Below, one piece after another: positions 55,615 to 64,000 of a DNA stretch of 64,000 nucleotides. The notes beneath the pieces were generated by a model. That model made no database searches and was not told the origin of the DNA. It saw nothing but the letters and a program-made list of their open reading frames with translations. Origin of the DNA: Candidatus Bruticola sp. (GTDB lineage Bacteria > Vulcanimicrobiota > Xenobia > Xenobiales > Xenobiaceae); contig JBJEGD010000004.1 of assembly GCA_051874735.1 (NCBI GenBank), positions 96,001 through 160,000 of the forward strand, written 5' to 3'. A program made the translations under genes and the position numbers. Within the stretch, counting starts at the first letter, position 1, and every line of letters starts with the position of its first letter.

Positions 55615-57252
55615 ATGAATTTTTTTTACTCAAAAAACTGGCTTTTGCTTTGTGCGGCTGCAGCAACCGCCTTAAGCCTAACCCAATCCGCCCGTTGTTC
55701 GTCTGGAGCGAATGAGGTACCTGCTCAGACTGCAGAGGCAGTATCTGGGCAAGTTCAAAGTACGGCATCTGTTTCTCAAAAAAGTGTACGTGACAGCTAT
55801 ACATCTTTGATGTTGAATGATCTAGAGAAAATGAAGCAATTTCGCAAAGAAGCTTCTATTCCCGATGACGCCGCTGAGTTGACTCTTTTTCAGGCTGAAG
55901 AATATGCATTAAAGTGCAGTCCTATTTTGCAATCCAGCAAATATTCGGCCATGGTGACTCATGAACAGCTAGGCCAATGGCTTAGTAATATTTATCCTTC
56001 AATATCTTTTTCTGCTGGTTTTACTCACAGCGGTATGTTCGCTAATCAAAGTGAGCGGTCTATGACCGATCCTATCACTGGACAAACTATTAGTGTCTCT
56101 TCCGGAGGAGGCAATAATTCTAGCAGCCGTGTCAATACAGGGATTACTGTAAGCCAGAATTTAATTGACTTGAGTCGGCGTCCCCTTCTGCGCAGAGCAG
56201 AATTAGCTGAGGCTGCCGCTTTAGCTGAGTTAGAGGCTCAACGTCAGGAGGTTCTGCTCAACGTCCGTAAATCCTGGTTTGCCTGTTATGTCGATCAGAC
56301 GATGTTAGTTATTGCATTGGAAAATGTACACAACAAAGAAGCTCGTCTCTATGAAGCTCGTCAGCATTATGAGACTGGTTTAAAGGCTAAATCAGAAGTT
56401 GTTAGTGCTGAATCTGATTTGGCCGCTGCTCAGCATGAAGTAGTTAAGGCTAAAACGCAGCTTTTAGTTGACTGGGTAACTTTAAACGTCAGTATGGGCC
56501 GTTCAGAAGCTGAGCCTTATCAGCTTCGTTTAGACCCTTATTGGGAGCATTTTGAACAGATAGATTCGGAAAAGCTAATAAAAACTGCTATGTCGCATCG
56601 GGCTGAGTTGCTTGGTTCGCAAATCGCTTTGCGCTCAGCTCTCAATGAACTTGATGTTATACGCAGTGATTATTATCCAACTCTTAAAGCTAGCGGTTCA
56701 TTGGGCGGAAGTGGCTCTCTCTCTCCTTTTGAGGGCAACTGGAGTTTAGGGGTTAGTTTAAACTGGTCGCTCTTTGACGGCTATTTGCGCCGTTATGAGG
56801 AAAGTGCGCAAAAAATTAAAGCTAGAGCTTTGGCAGAAGACTTTCAGAATCAGCGTTTAAAAATTTATCAAGAAGTTAAGAGTGCTGAAGTTTCACTTCG
56901 TCAATCTAAAGCTTCAATTTCTTCTGCAGAAGCTGCTATGGCTTCAGCAAAAGAAAAATATCGCTTGGCAGCTGCTCGCTATAAAGTCGGTATTGGTACC
57001 AATGTAGAGGTATCAGATGCGGAAGTAAGTTTAGTTCAAGCTCAGTCTGATTATGCCTCAGCTTTAAATGATCTGCGTGTAGCTAAAGCTGTCATGATAA
57101 AAGCTTTGGGAGTAAATGATATGGATAATCTTCCAGAAATTTCTGAAGAAATACGTTTAGATGAAGTGCCTGAACTGCCGCAGCCCTTTAACAGCGGTGC
57201 TTCGGCTGAAAAAATAAAAGCTGAATTCCCAAGCCTTGGAGAGAATAAATAA
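55615..57252 (+). CDS. TolC-family outer-membrane efflux protein
   Basis: Signal peptide; duplicated OEP pattern (YPSISF / YYPTL; RQHYETGL / ARYKVGIG; WSLGVSLNWSLFDG). Confidence 0.88.
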   Translation: MNFFYSKNWLLLCAAAATALSLTQSARCSSGANEVPAQTAEAVSGQVQSTASVSQKSVRDSYTSLMLNDLEKMKQFRKEASIPDDAAELTLFQAEEYALKCSPILQSSKYSAMVTHEQLGQWLSNIYPSISFSAGFTHSGMFANQSERSMTDPITGQTISVSSGGGNNSSSRVNTGITVSQNLIDLSRRPLLRRAELAEAAALAELEAQRQEVLLNVRKSWFACYVDQTMLVIALENVHNKEARLYEARQHYETGLKAKSEVVSAESDLAAAQHEVVKAKTQLLVDWVTLNVSMGRSEAEPYQLRLDPYWEHFEQIDSEKLIKTAMSHRAELLGSQIALRSALNELDVIRSDYYPTLKASGSLGGSGSLSPFEGNWSLGVSLNWSLFDGYLRRYEESAQKIKARALAEDFQNQRLKIYQEVKSAEVSLRQSKASISSAEAAMASAKEKYRLAAARYKVGIGTNVEVSDAEVSLVQAQSDYASALNDLRVAKAVMIKALGVNDMDNLPEISEEIRLDEVPELPQPFNSGASAEKIKAEFPSLGENK

Positions 57253-58835
57253 TGAAGCGGTTCCTGATAATTTTAATCATTGTTGTCATTGCTGTGGGCG
57301 GGGGATGGCTGTTGATGCGTTCGATCCATTCCGGCAGCGGTAATGTGTTTCGAACAGCCCAAGTTCGACGGGGTGACATTCAGTCAGTCGTGACAGCTAC
57401 AGGTGAGCTTACTGCTGTGACTGCTGTCGATGTCGGCTCCGAGGTGTCCGGTGTAATTGACAAAATTTTTGTAGAACATAACTCCACTGTAAAAAAAGGA
57501 CAGATTCTGGCCCAAATAAATCCGGAAACTTTACAAGCTCAGGTCGATAAAGCTGAGGCGAGTTTAGCTCGTTCCCGTTCTTCTTATGATAGTGCTGTTT
57601 CTGATGCTGAAAATTCCAAAGCTGTAGTCAGGAAGGCTGAGGCTTCCTTACTTTCTCAGCAAGCTCAGGCTAAAAAAAGTCAGGCTGAAGTTGAAAATGC
57701 GCGTGCTAATTTAGCAAATTCCCAGGCTAATCTGCATACAGCTAAAGCTAATTTAGCTAAAAGCGAAGCTGAATATAATAATGCTCGAGCTAATTATGAA
57801 CGTTGGAATAAGCTTTTTATTCAAGATTTAGTTTCTCGCAGTGAACGCGACGATGCCTATACTTCTATGATTACTAATAGAGCTGCTGTAGATGCTTCAA
57901 AAGCGAGTCTTGAAGCGGCTGCTGCTTCGGTGAAGAGTGCCGAAATTAATTTGCAGTCAGCTATGATCAGTTTTGAAGGAGCCCAAGCTGATGTAGAGGC
58001 CGCCCGCCTGCAGGTGGAATCTAGCCGTAATGCAGCCGCTTCTTCTGAAGCTGCTGTAGTCGGAGCCGCCGCTGATGTTCAGCAAGCTGAAGCCAGCTTA
58101 AACTCTGCTAAGGTCGACCTTAGCAAAACCAGTATTACCTCACCTATTGACGGTATTGTATTGAGTATTGAGGTCTCTGAAGGACAGACAGTCGCCTCTC
58201 AGTATCAGACCCCTGAGCTTTTCAAATTGGCTCAAAATTTAGATTCTATGCAGGTAGAGGCCACTGTTGATGAAGCTGATATTGGCCAAATCAATGTTGG
58301 CGATGTGGCCAGTTTTACGGTAGACGCCTGGCCTAATAAAGTTTTTGAAGGCAAGGTACAAGAAGTTCGTAAGGCTGCGGAAACTACTAATAACGTGGTC
58401 ACTTTTCCAGTAATTATTTCTACTAATAATCCTGATATGTGCCTGATTCCCGGTATGACCGCTACGGTTAGTATTCAAACTGTCAAGCACAGTGATATCC
58501 TTTTAGTCCCTAGTGCTTCTTTGCGTTTTAAGCCCAGCGATTCTGTGGAAATTGTCAACAAAGAAGAACGTTCCCAAAATAAAGAGCGGGCTGAGTCTGT
58601 TGGCGAGGCTGTGGCGGCGAGCAAGAAGGCTATTCGTGCTCTTTATATTGAAGACAAAGATGATCCAACAAAATTAGTGCGTGTAGAAGTAACCACAGGA
58701 TTGACTGATGGTAGTAGGACAGAAGTAACTTCTTCCGAGCTCAAAGAAGGCGACCGTGTAGTAATAGGCAGTACTGATAAAAGCCTAGTAAAATCGAGCA
58801 GCAGCAATAAAAAGCGCGGCGGCCCTCCGTTCTAA
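57252..58835 (+). CDS. MacA-like periplasmic adaptor (membrane fusion protein)
   Basis: VRRGDI..VTATGEL, VGSEVSG, ITSPIDG, VDEADIG.I..G..ASFTVDA and PGMTA motifs; TAATG coupling. Confidence 0.9.
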   Translation: MKRFLIILIIVVIAVGGGWLLMRSIHSGSGNVFRTAQVRRGDIQSVVTATGELTAVTAVDVGSEVSGVIDKIFVEHNSTVKKGQILAQINPETLQAQVDKAEASLARSRSSYDSAVSDAENSKAVVRKAEASLLSQQAQAKKSQAEVENARANLANSQANLHTAKANLAKSEAEYNNARANYERWNKLFIQDLVSRSERDDAYTSMITNRAAVDASKASLEAAAASVKSAEINLQSAMISFEGAQADVEAARLQVESSRNAAASSEAAVVGAAADVQQAEASLNSAKVDLSKTSITSPIDGIVLSIEVSEGQTVASQYQTPELFKLAQNLDSMQVEATVDEADIGQINVGDVASFTVDAWPNKVFEGKVQEVRKAAETTNNVVTFPVIISTNNPDMCLIPGMTATVSIQTVKHSDILLVPSASLRFKPSDSVEIVNKEERSQNKERAESVGEAVAASKKAIRALYIEDKDDPTKLVRVEVTTGLTDGSRTEVTSSELKEGDRVVIGSTDKSLVKSSSSNKKRGGPPF

Positions 58836-58849
58836 AGGATTAGGTTGTT

Positions 58850-60067
58850 ATGAGTTGGCTTATGATTATGCGCATTGCAGGCTTAGCTCTGCTGCGCAAT
58901 AAAATGCGTTCTTTTCTGACAATGCTCGGTATCATTATTGGCGTTTCCACGGTAATTACTATGGTCGCTTTAGGTACGGGCACGCAGAATCGTATTCAAT
59001 CTAGCATTGCTAATTTAGGAACAAATACTATCACCGTATCTGCTTGGGCTGTACGTCAGGGAGGAGCCCGCAGCGGTGCTTACGGCAGTTCCCGTCTAAC
59101 TGTTCAAGACTGCGAGGCTTTGGAAAAAGCTGTGCCTAACTTGGCCAATATTAGTCCTATGACTCAAAATACGGCGCAGATTATCTTTCAAGAGCAAAAC
59201 TGGTCTACTACAGTGGTGGGATGTGCTGAAAGTTATCAGGCTATCAAAAGTTGGGAACTGACTCGAGGTCGTTTTATTACTGATGAAGATGTGCGTGCTC
59301 GAGTAAAAGTTTGCGTGCTCGGTTCTACTGTGGCTGATGAGCTGTTTCTTGGTGTCGATCCGGTGGGGCAGAGTGTGCGTATCAATAAAATTCCTGTATT
59401 GGTTGTGGGCGTTTTAAAATCTAAAGGTGACGGAGGTTTCGGTCCCAGCCAAGATGATACCGTTTTGGTACCTTACACTACTGCTATGTTTCGCCTTTTC
59501 AGTTTGCGCTACATACGCAATATTCAATGTTCTGCCTCGAGTAAAGAAACAGTAGATTCATGCGTAGAGGATATTACTACTATTTTACGTGCCCGTCATC
59601 GTTTACAAGAAAGTGATGAGGACGATTTCCGGGTTAGTACTCAGGCAGAGTTAGCCAGTATGATGGAAGAATCGACGCAGACATTCACGTTATTTTTGGG
59701 CGGCATTGCTTCTGTTTCGCTGCTGGTTGGCGGTATTGGCATTATGAATATAATGTTAGTTTCTGTAACAGAAAGAATTAGGGAAATAGGCATCCGTATG
59801 GCCTTAGGAGCTAAAGGCAGTGATATTTTACGTCAGTTCCTGGTAGAGTCTCTGATGCTTAGCGTAATTGGTGGTATTATCGGGGTAATTTTTGCCTTTT
59901 TATTGACTTCGTTGGCTGCTCATTTTATGTCTATGAGTATGATGATCTCTCCGACAGCTATTATAGTTGCCGTACTGTTCTCAGCTACGGTGGGTGTCTT
60001 CTTTGGTCTTTACCCAGCCGTGCAAGCCTCTAAGCTCGATCCCATTCAGGCTTTACGCCATGAGTAG
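58850..60067 (+). CDS. MacB/FtsX-family ABC permease
   Basis: NKMRSFLTMLGIIIGV, VGGIGIMNIMLVSVTERIREIGIRMALGA and LDPIQALRHE motifs. Confidence 0.93.
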   Translation: MSWLMIMRIAGLALLRNKMRSFLTMLGIIIGVSTVITMVALGTGTQNRIQSSIANLGTNTITVSAWAVRQGGARSGAYGSSRLTVQDCEALEKAVPNLANISPMTQNTAQIIFQEQNWSTTVVGCAESYQAIKSWELTRGRFITDEDVRARVKVCVLGSTVADELFLGVDPVGQSVRINKIPVLVVGVLKSKGDGGFGPSQDDTVLVPYTTAMFRLFSLRYIRNIQCSASSKETVDSCVEDITTILRARHRLQESDEDDFRVSTQAELASMMEESTQTFTLFLGGIASVSLLVGGIGIMNIMLVSVTERIREIGIRMALGAKGSDILRQFLVESLMLSVIGGIIGVIFAFLLTSLAAHFMSMSMMISPTAIIVAVLFSATVGVFFGLYPAVQASKLDPIQALRHE

Positions 60068-60099
60068 CTGATATCCGCACCAATCCTTACGATCAAATT

Positions 60100-60146
60100 A
60101 GGCTCTGCAAATTGGAACTTAGTTTCCAGCTGCAGAGCCTTTTTTT
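60100..60146 (+). terminator. Intrinsic terminator after the efflux operon
   Basis: aggctctgca (60100-60109) / tgcagagcct (60131-60140) followed by a T tract. Confidence 0.75.
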
Positions 60147-60276
60147 CAGAGAAAATAGCTGTTGCCGACCTTTCTATATACGCTTGAAGCAGGGATAAAC
60201 TAGGCTTAAAGTTAAAATTACTTTATAACGTATTAGCATCGCGATATCACTGAAATAATATATCGAAAAAAAACTT

Positions 60277-60312
60277 TTTGTGCACAAATAACTTCCTTTG
60301 TTGTGTTAAAAT
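60277..60312 (+). promoter_or_regulatory. Extended -10 promoter with a palindromic operator upstream of the Xdh operon
   Basis: Palindrome TTTGTGCACAAA (60277-60288); TGnTAAAAT at 60304-60312. Confidence 0.45.
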
Positions 60313-60346
60313 GTGCAGAGAATACCAGAGTTGAGAGCTGCTATTT

Positions 60347-62620
60347 ATGATTCATCCTGCTTTACCTGAAATAAAAGAAACTGTCTGTGAGACTGAGCAC
60401 AGCTGCGCTCCGCTCAATGTCATTGGTCGGTCTGCTTTTCGTCCTGATGCTCCTGGTAAACTTACAGGACAGGCCAAATACATAAACGATATATCTGTAC
60501 ACAATATGCTTTACGGGGCTGTCGTGCGCAGTCGTTATGCCAAGGCTCGTATAAAGCGTATCGATACTTCTAAAGCAGAACAAATGGCTGGCGTATGCTG
60601 CATTATGAGCAGCAAAGATCTTCCGGGACCTAACTACATCCCTTTGGTTCGCTGCGATTTGCCGCTTTTAGCTGACGGGGAAGTGAATTTCGCGGCGCAG
60701 CCTGTAGCTTTGGTAGCAGCCGAAACTCTAGAGGAAGCTCAGGCCGCCGCAGCTGCTGTAGAAGTTGAATATGAAGAACTTGAACCTGTTTTATCTATCG
60801 ATGAAGGGTTGAAAAAAAATTGGATCCTTTGGCACTACCAGCAGTTCAAAGGAGACGTCGATAGTGTTTTTAACAATCCTGAGCCTGGATTGCATATTTA
60901 TGAGTCTGTATATACCACTTCTCACCAAGAACATGCTTATTTGGAAACGAATGGCGTTCTGGTTATGCCTGACGACCGCAGCGGTTGGGTTGTCTACGGT
61001 TCTATGCAGTGCCCATTTTATGTGCAGAAAGCGGTTGCCGTAGTTCTAGGCATCGATTTTCAGAAGGTTAGAGTTATTCAAACGGTAACCGGTGGCGGTT
61101 TCGGCGGTAAAGAAGATGCCCCTAGCACTCCTGCCAGTTTAGCTGCAGTACTGAGCTGGAAAACTGGTCGCCCTATTAAGTTAATATACGGCCGAGAAGA
61201 AGACATGGAGTCAATGACTAAACGTCATCCCTCCCGCACAGTTTTTAAAAGTGCAGTCGATAAAAATGGCCGTATTAAGGCTGTAGACATTCACTATTAT
61301 GTGGACGGCGGTGCTTACTTAACGCTTTCTAGTATCGTACTTTGGCGTGGTATGCTCCATGCAGGAGGCCCCTACAATATTCCTAATTTGCGTACTTTGG
61401 CCGATGCTGTCGGTTCAAATACTGCACCAAACGGAGCTTTTAGAGGTTTCGGTCAGCCTCAGGTTGTATTTGCGGCCGATGCCCACTGGGACGACGTCGC
61501 CTGCCAGATAGGTATGGATCCTATTGAGTTTAGAAGGATCAATATGCTGCATGTGGGTGACAAGCTTACCAGCGGTCAGCTCTTGGTAGAGTCGGTTGGC
61601 TTCGATGAAGTTGTTGATAAGGTTAAACAAGTAGTCGAATACGATAAAATCAAGGCTTTACCTAAGCATAAGGGAGATCGTTTCCAGCGCGGCATCGGTT
61701 TCTCAGTAAGTCATTACGGGGTTGGCTTGGGGGCTAATGGTGGGCCTAACAATTTCTCCTCTGCCAATGTTGTCGTTGGTTCTGATGGTTCTGTGCGTGT
61801 AGCTGTAGGTACTACGGAAATAGGCCAGGGTATGACTACTGTGCTGTTACAGATAGCTTCTGAAGTGTTGTGCTGTCCTTACGATCGCATTTATCTTACC
61901 GATTCCGATACTGCGCAGGTTCCTGACTCCGGCCCAACTGTAGCCAGCCGCACCACTTTGTGCGCCGGTCGAGCTGTGCAAGACGCCTGCAGGCAAATTA
62001 GGCGGCGTATGGACGATTTCCTTGAGGGCAAAGAAGCTATGGATTGGAAGGAGTCGGTTACAGCTTGCTGGATTGGCGGGGTGCACATGGCTGCTCAGGG
62101 GTACTCCCGCCCAGGTTACAAGCAAACTTTTGAGGATCAGTATGGTCAGGGTGATGCTTATGAAGTTTACACTTGGTGTGCTAATGCTGCCGATGTAACC
62201 GTAGATACTTGGACTGGCGAAGTCAAAATTAATCGTTTTGTTAGTGGTCAAGATATCGGACGGGCTTTAAATCCGGCTTTGGTAGAGGGACAAATTCAAG
62301 GCGGAGCTCTTCAGGGTATAGGTTATACTCTTATGGAGGAATATAAATTCGATAAAGGTCGGATTCTCAACAATAATTTATCTACTTATATTTTGCCTAC
62401 CTCTACCGATGTACCGGAAATCGTTCCTGTCATAGTGGAGCACAATTATTCTTGGGGACCTTTTGGAGCCAAAGGATTCGGAGAAACCCCCTTAGTGCCT
62501 GTAGCTCCGGCCATTATTAATGCTATTGCCAATGCTGTCAATATACGCCTTAAACATCTGCCGGCCACTCCCGAAAGAGTTTGGGAAGCCCTGCACAATT
62601 CAGGAGTTGCACAATTATGA
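60347..62620 (+). CDS. xdhA: Xanthine dehydrogenase-family molybdopterin-binding subunit
   Basis: HAYLET, GGGFGGKE, AFRGFG, EIGQG, GPTVASR and GAKGFGE motifs (E. coli-style symbol). Confidence 0.92.
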   Translation: MIHPALPEIKETVCETEHSCAPLNVIGRSAFRPDAPGKLTGQAKYINDISVHNMLYGAVVRSRYAKARIKRIDTSKAEQMAGVCCIMSSKDLPGPNYIPLVRCDLPLLADGEVNFAAQPVALVAAETLEEAQAAAAAVEVEYEELEPVLSIDEGLKKNWILWHYQQFKGDVDSVFNNPEPGLHIYESVYTTSHQEHAYLETNGVLVMPDDRSGWVVYGSMQCPFYVQKAVAVVLGIDFQKVRVIQTVTGGGFGGKEDAPSTPASLAAVLSWKTGRPIKLIYGREEDMESMTKRHPSRTVFKSAVDKNGRIKAVDIHYYVDGGAYLTLSSIVLWRGMLHAGGPYNIPNLRTLADAVGSNTAPNGAFRGFGQPQVVFAADAHWDDVACQIGMDPIEFRRINMLHVGDKLTSGQLLVESVGFDEVVDKVKQVVEYDKIKALPKHKGDRFQRGIGFSVSHYGVGLGANGGPNNFSSANVVVGSDGSVRVAVGTTEIGQGMTTVLLQIASEVLCCPYDRIYLTDSDTAQVPDSGPTVASRTTLCAGRAVQDACRQIRRRMDDFLEGKEAMDWKESVTACWIGGVHMAAQGYSRPGYKQTFEDQYGQGDAYEVYTWCANAADVTVDTWTGEVKINRFVSGQDIGRALNPALVEGQIQGGALQGIGYTLMEEYKFDKGRILNNNLSTYILPTSTDVPEIVPVIVEHNYSWGPFGAKGFGETPLVPVAPAIINAIANAVNIRLKHLPATPERVWEALHNSGVAQL

Positions 62621-63174
62621 GTGAGAAAAATTTTCGGTTGCAGTGTACCGTTAATGGTCATCCTATAGATAAAATGGTCGATCCTAGCGCGCGCCTTCTG
62701 GATACGCTGCGCCATGAACTTCACCTTACCGGCGTCAAAGAAGGCTGCGGCAAAGGCGAGTGCGGGGCCTGTACTATTTTTATGGACGGCAAGCCTGTTG
62801 ACTCCTGTTTAGTTATGACTATTCAAGCTCAGGGACATAGGCTGGTAACTATTGAGGGATTAGCCTTTGAAGGTCGCCTCGATTCTGTACAGCAAATGTT
62901 TGTGGAAGAGGCCAGTGTGCAGTGCGGTTTCTGTATTCCCGGCATGGTTATGGCTGCCCGCGCACTTATAGAGGAAAATCCCAATCCTTCTCTCGATGAA
63001 ATACGCCACGCTTTAGGCGGTAATATCTGCCGCTGCACTGGCTATCATAAAATTTTCCGGGCGGTGATGAGAGCTGCAGCCATTGAAAGGGAGTTGCGCC
63101 AATCTGGTCAGCCTTCAGGACTCAAAGATATTGAAGGAATTCATCCTGCACCGTCCGCTGATATAGACGACTAA
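62617..63174 (+). CDS. xdhC: Xanthine dehydrogenase-family [2Fe-2S] subunit
   Basis: KEGCGKGECGACT...SC, QCGFCIPG and GNICRCTGY motifs; ATGA overlap with the upstream gene. Confidence 0.93.
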   Translation: MSEKNFRLQCTVNGHPIDKMVDPSARLLDTLRHELHLTGVKEGCGKGECGACTIFMDGKPVDSCLVMTIQAQGHRLVTIEGLAFEGRLDSVQQMFVEEASVQCGFCIPGMVMAARALIEENPNPSLDEIRHALGGNICRCTGYHKIFRAVMRAAAIERELRQSGQPSGLKDIEGIHPAPSADIDD

Positions 63175-63197
63175 GCACATTAAGGAGCACCTTATTT

Positions 63198-64000
63198 ATG
63201 AATTTGCAGGTACAGCGTTTTACTGAATTGGGAGCTCTGCTGCAAGCTGCCGAAAGTTGCCAGGAAAAAATTTTCTATTTGGCTGGCGGTACAGATCTTA
63301 TGGTTCAGCGGGCAGCTGGTTTACTTCCCCCTGCTGTTTGGATGGATATTTCCGATATACCCGATCTGCATGGCATAAGGTGCAGTCAGGGTAAAATAAC
63401 CATCGGTTCCGGTGTATCGCACCACGAAATTATGCGCAGCCGTTTGCTGCAAAAGTATGCTCCTGCTTTAGTACAAGCTAGTTCTAATGTGGGTGGGCCT
63501 CAAGTGCGTTCCCGAGGTACAATCGGCGGCAATTTAGGTAACGGATCGCCAGCGGCGGATACTGTGCCAGCTCTGTATAGCTTGGGAGCTGAAGTTAATA
63601 TTGTCTCTTTGCACAAAGAACGAAGCGTTAAGGTGGAAGATTTCACTTTGCGCCCTCGTCGTACGGTTCTTGAACCTGGGGAGATTATTTATAGCATATC
63701 TTTTCCTGCTCGCGAGAATATGCGCGGAGTGTGGAACGCCAAAGCTCAGCGTAATTCGTTGGCTATAAGTAAAATTAATATCGGCTTAAGTTATATACTA
63801 AAAGATAAAGAACCCAATGAAATTTCTTTTAGCTATTTAGGCTTAGCTTTCGGTTCTGTAGGGTTGACTGTGCTGAGAGCACCTCGCACCGAAGAGTTCC
63901 TTTTAGCAAACAATTTAACTGAGAATATTCTTAAGAAGGCAGCTCATTTGGCTTCAGAAGAGGTGAAGCCTATTTCCGATATTCGTTCTACTGCTGAATA
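63198..64000 (+). CDS. xdhB: Xanthine dehydrogenase-family FAD-binding subunit (3' end outside the window)
   Basis: Not in the ORF track because it has no stop in the window. ATG at 63198 after aaggag; translation gives LAGGTDLMV, VGGPQVRSRGTIGGNLGNGSPAADT and PISDIRSTAE. Confidence 0.9.
   Translation, partial: MNLQVQRFTELGALLQAAESCQEKIFYLAGGTDLMVQRAAGLLPPAVWMDISDIPDLHGIRCSQGKITIGSGVSHHEIMRSRLLQKYAPALVQASSNVGGPQVRSRGTIGGNLGNGSPAADTVPALYSLGAEVNIVSLHKERSVKVEDFTLRPRRTVLEPGEIIYSISFPARENMRGVWNAKAQRNSLAISKINIGLSYILKDKEPNEISFSYLGLAFGSVGLTVLRAPRTEEFLLANNLTENILKKAAHLASEEVKPISDIRSTAE

Noticed and set aside
60347-64000. Selenocysteine recoding in Xdh subunits
   Set aside because: No in-frame TGA interrupts the conserved regions.

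Overview
A 64 kb stretch of gene-dense bacterial chromosome, moderately AT-rich, from a probable diderm anaerobe (TolC, AMIN-domain amidase, hutU, ygeW, Xdh-family operon). About 45 CDS were found. I saw no rRNA, tRNA, CRISPR array, integrase or transposase. Most genes are housekeeping or metabolic: truA 3' end, dcd, rodA, hutU, rpsO-pnp, DinG, two TatD, nitroreductase, acyl-CoA ligase, GH13, ygeW, HtrA, amidase, FolT, TolC-MacA-MacB, Xdh. The best candidate for an undescribed system is a tightly coupled + strand cluster at 22.3-32.9 kb. It encodes a GlmL/MutL-like ASKHA ATPase with no B12 mutase nearby, a barrel-sandwich-hybrid/KOW protein, two multi-pass membrane proteins, two apparently paralogous membrane-anchored alpha/beta domains predicted on opposite sides of the membrane (one DUF6754-like and fused to an exported beta-propeller), a small helical protein and three tandem TM + PH-like paralogs. 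I interpret it as a possible ATP-coupled membrane machine. Other notable features are a PNPase with a ~250-aa tail built on R-x-E repeats, a URO-D-fold protein with an Arg-rich tail, several enzyme folds lacking catalytic residues (HD-GYP, SDR, Rossmann), a stand-alone 1049-aa tubulin-like protein, and a probable truA stop-loss fusion. All family calls come from motif recognition by eye, with no database searches.
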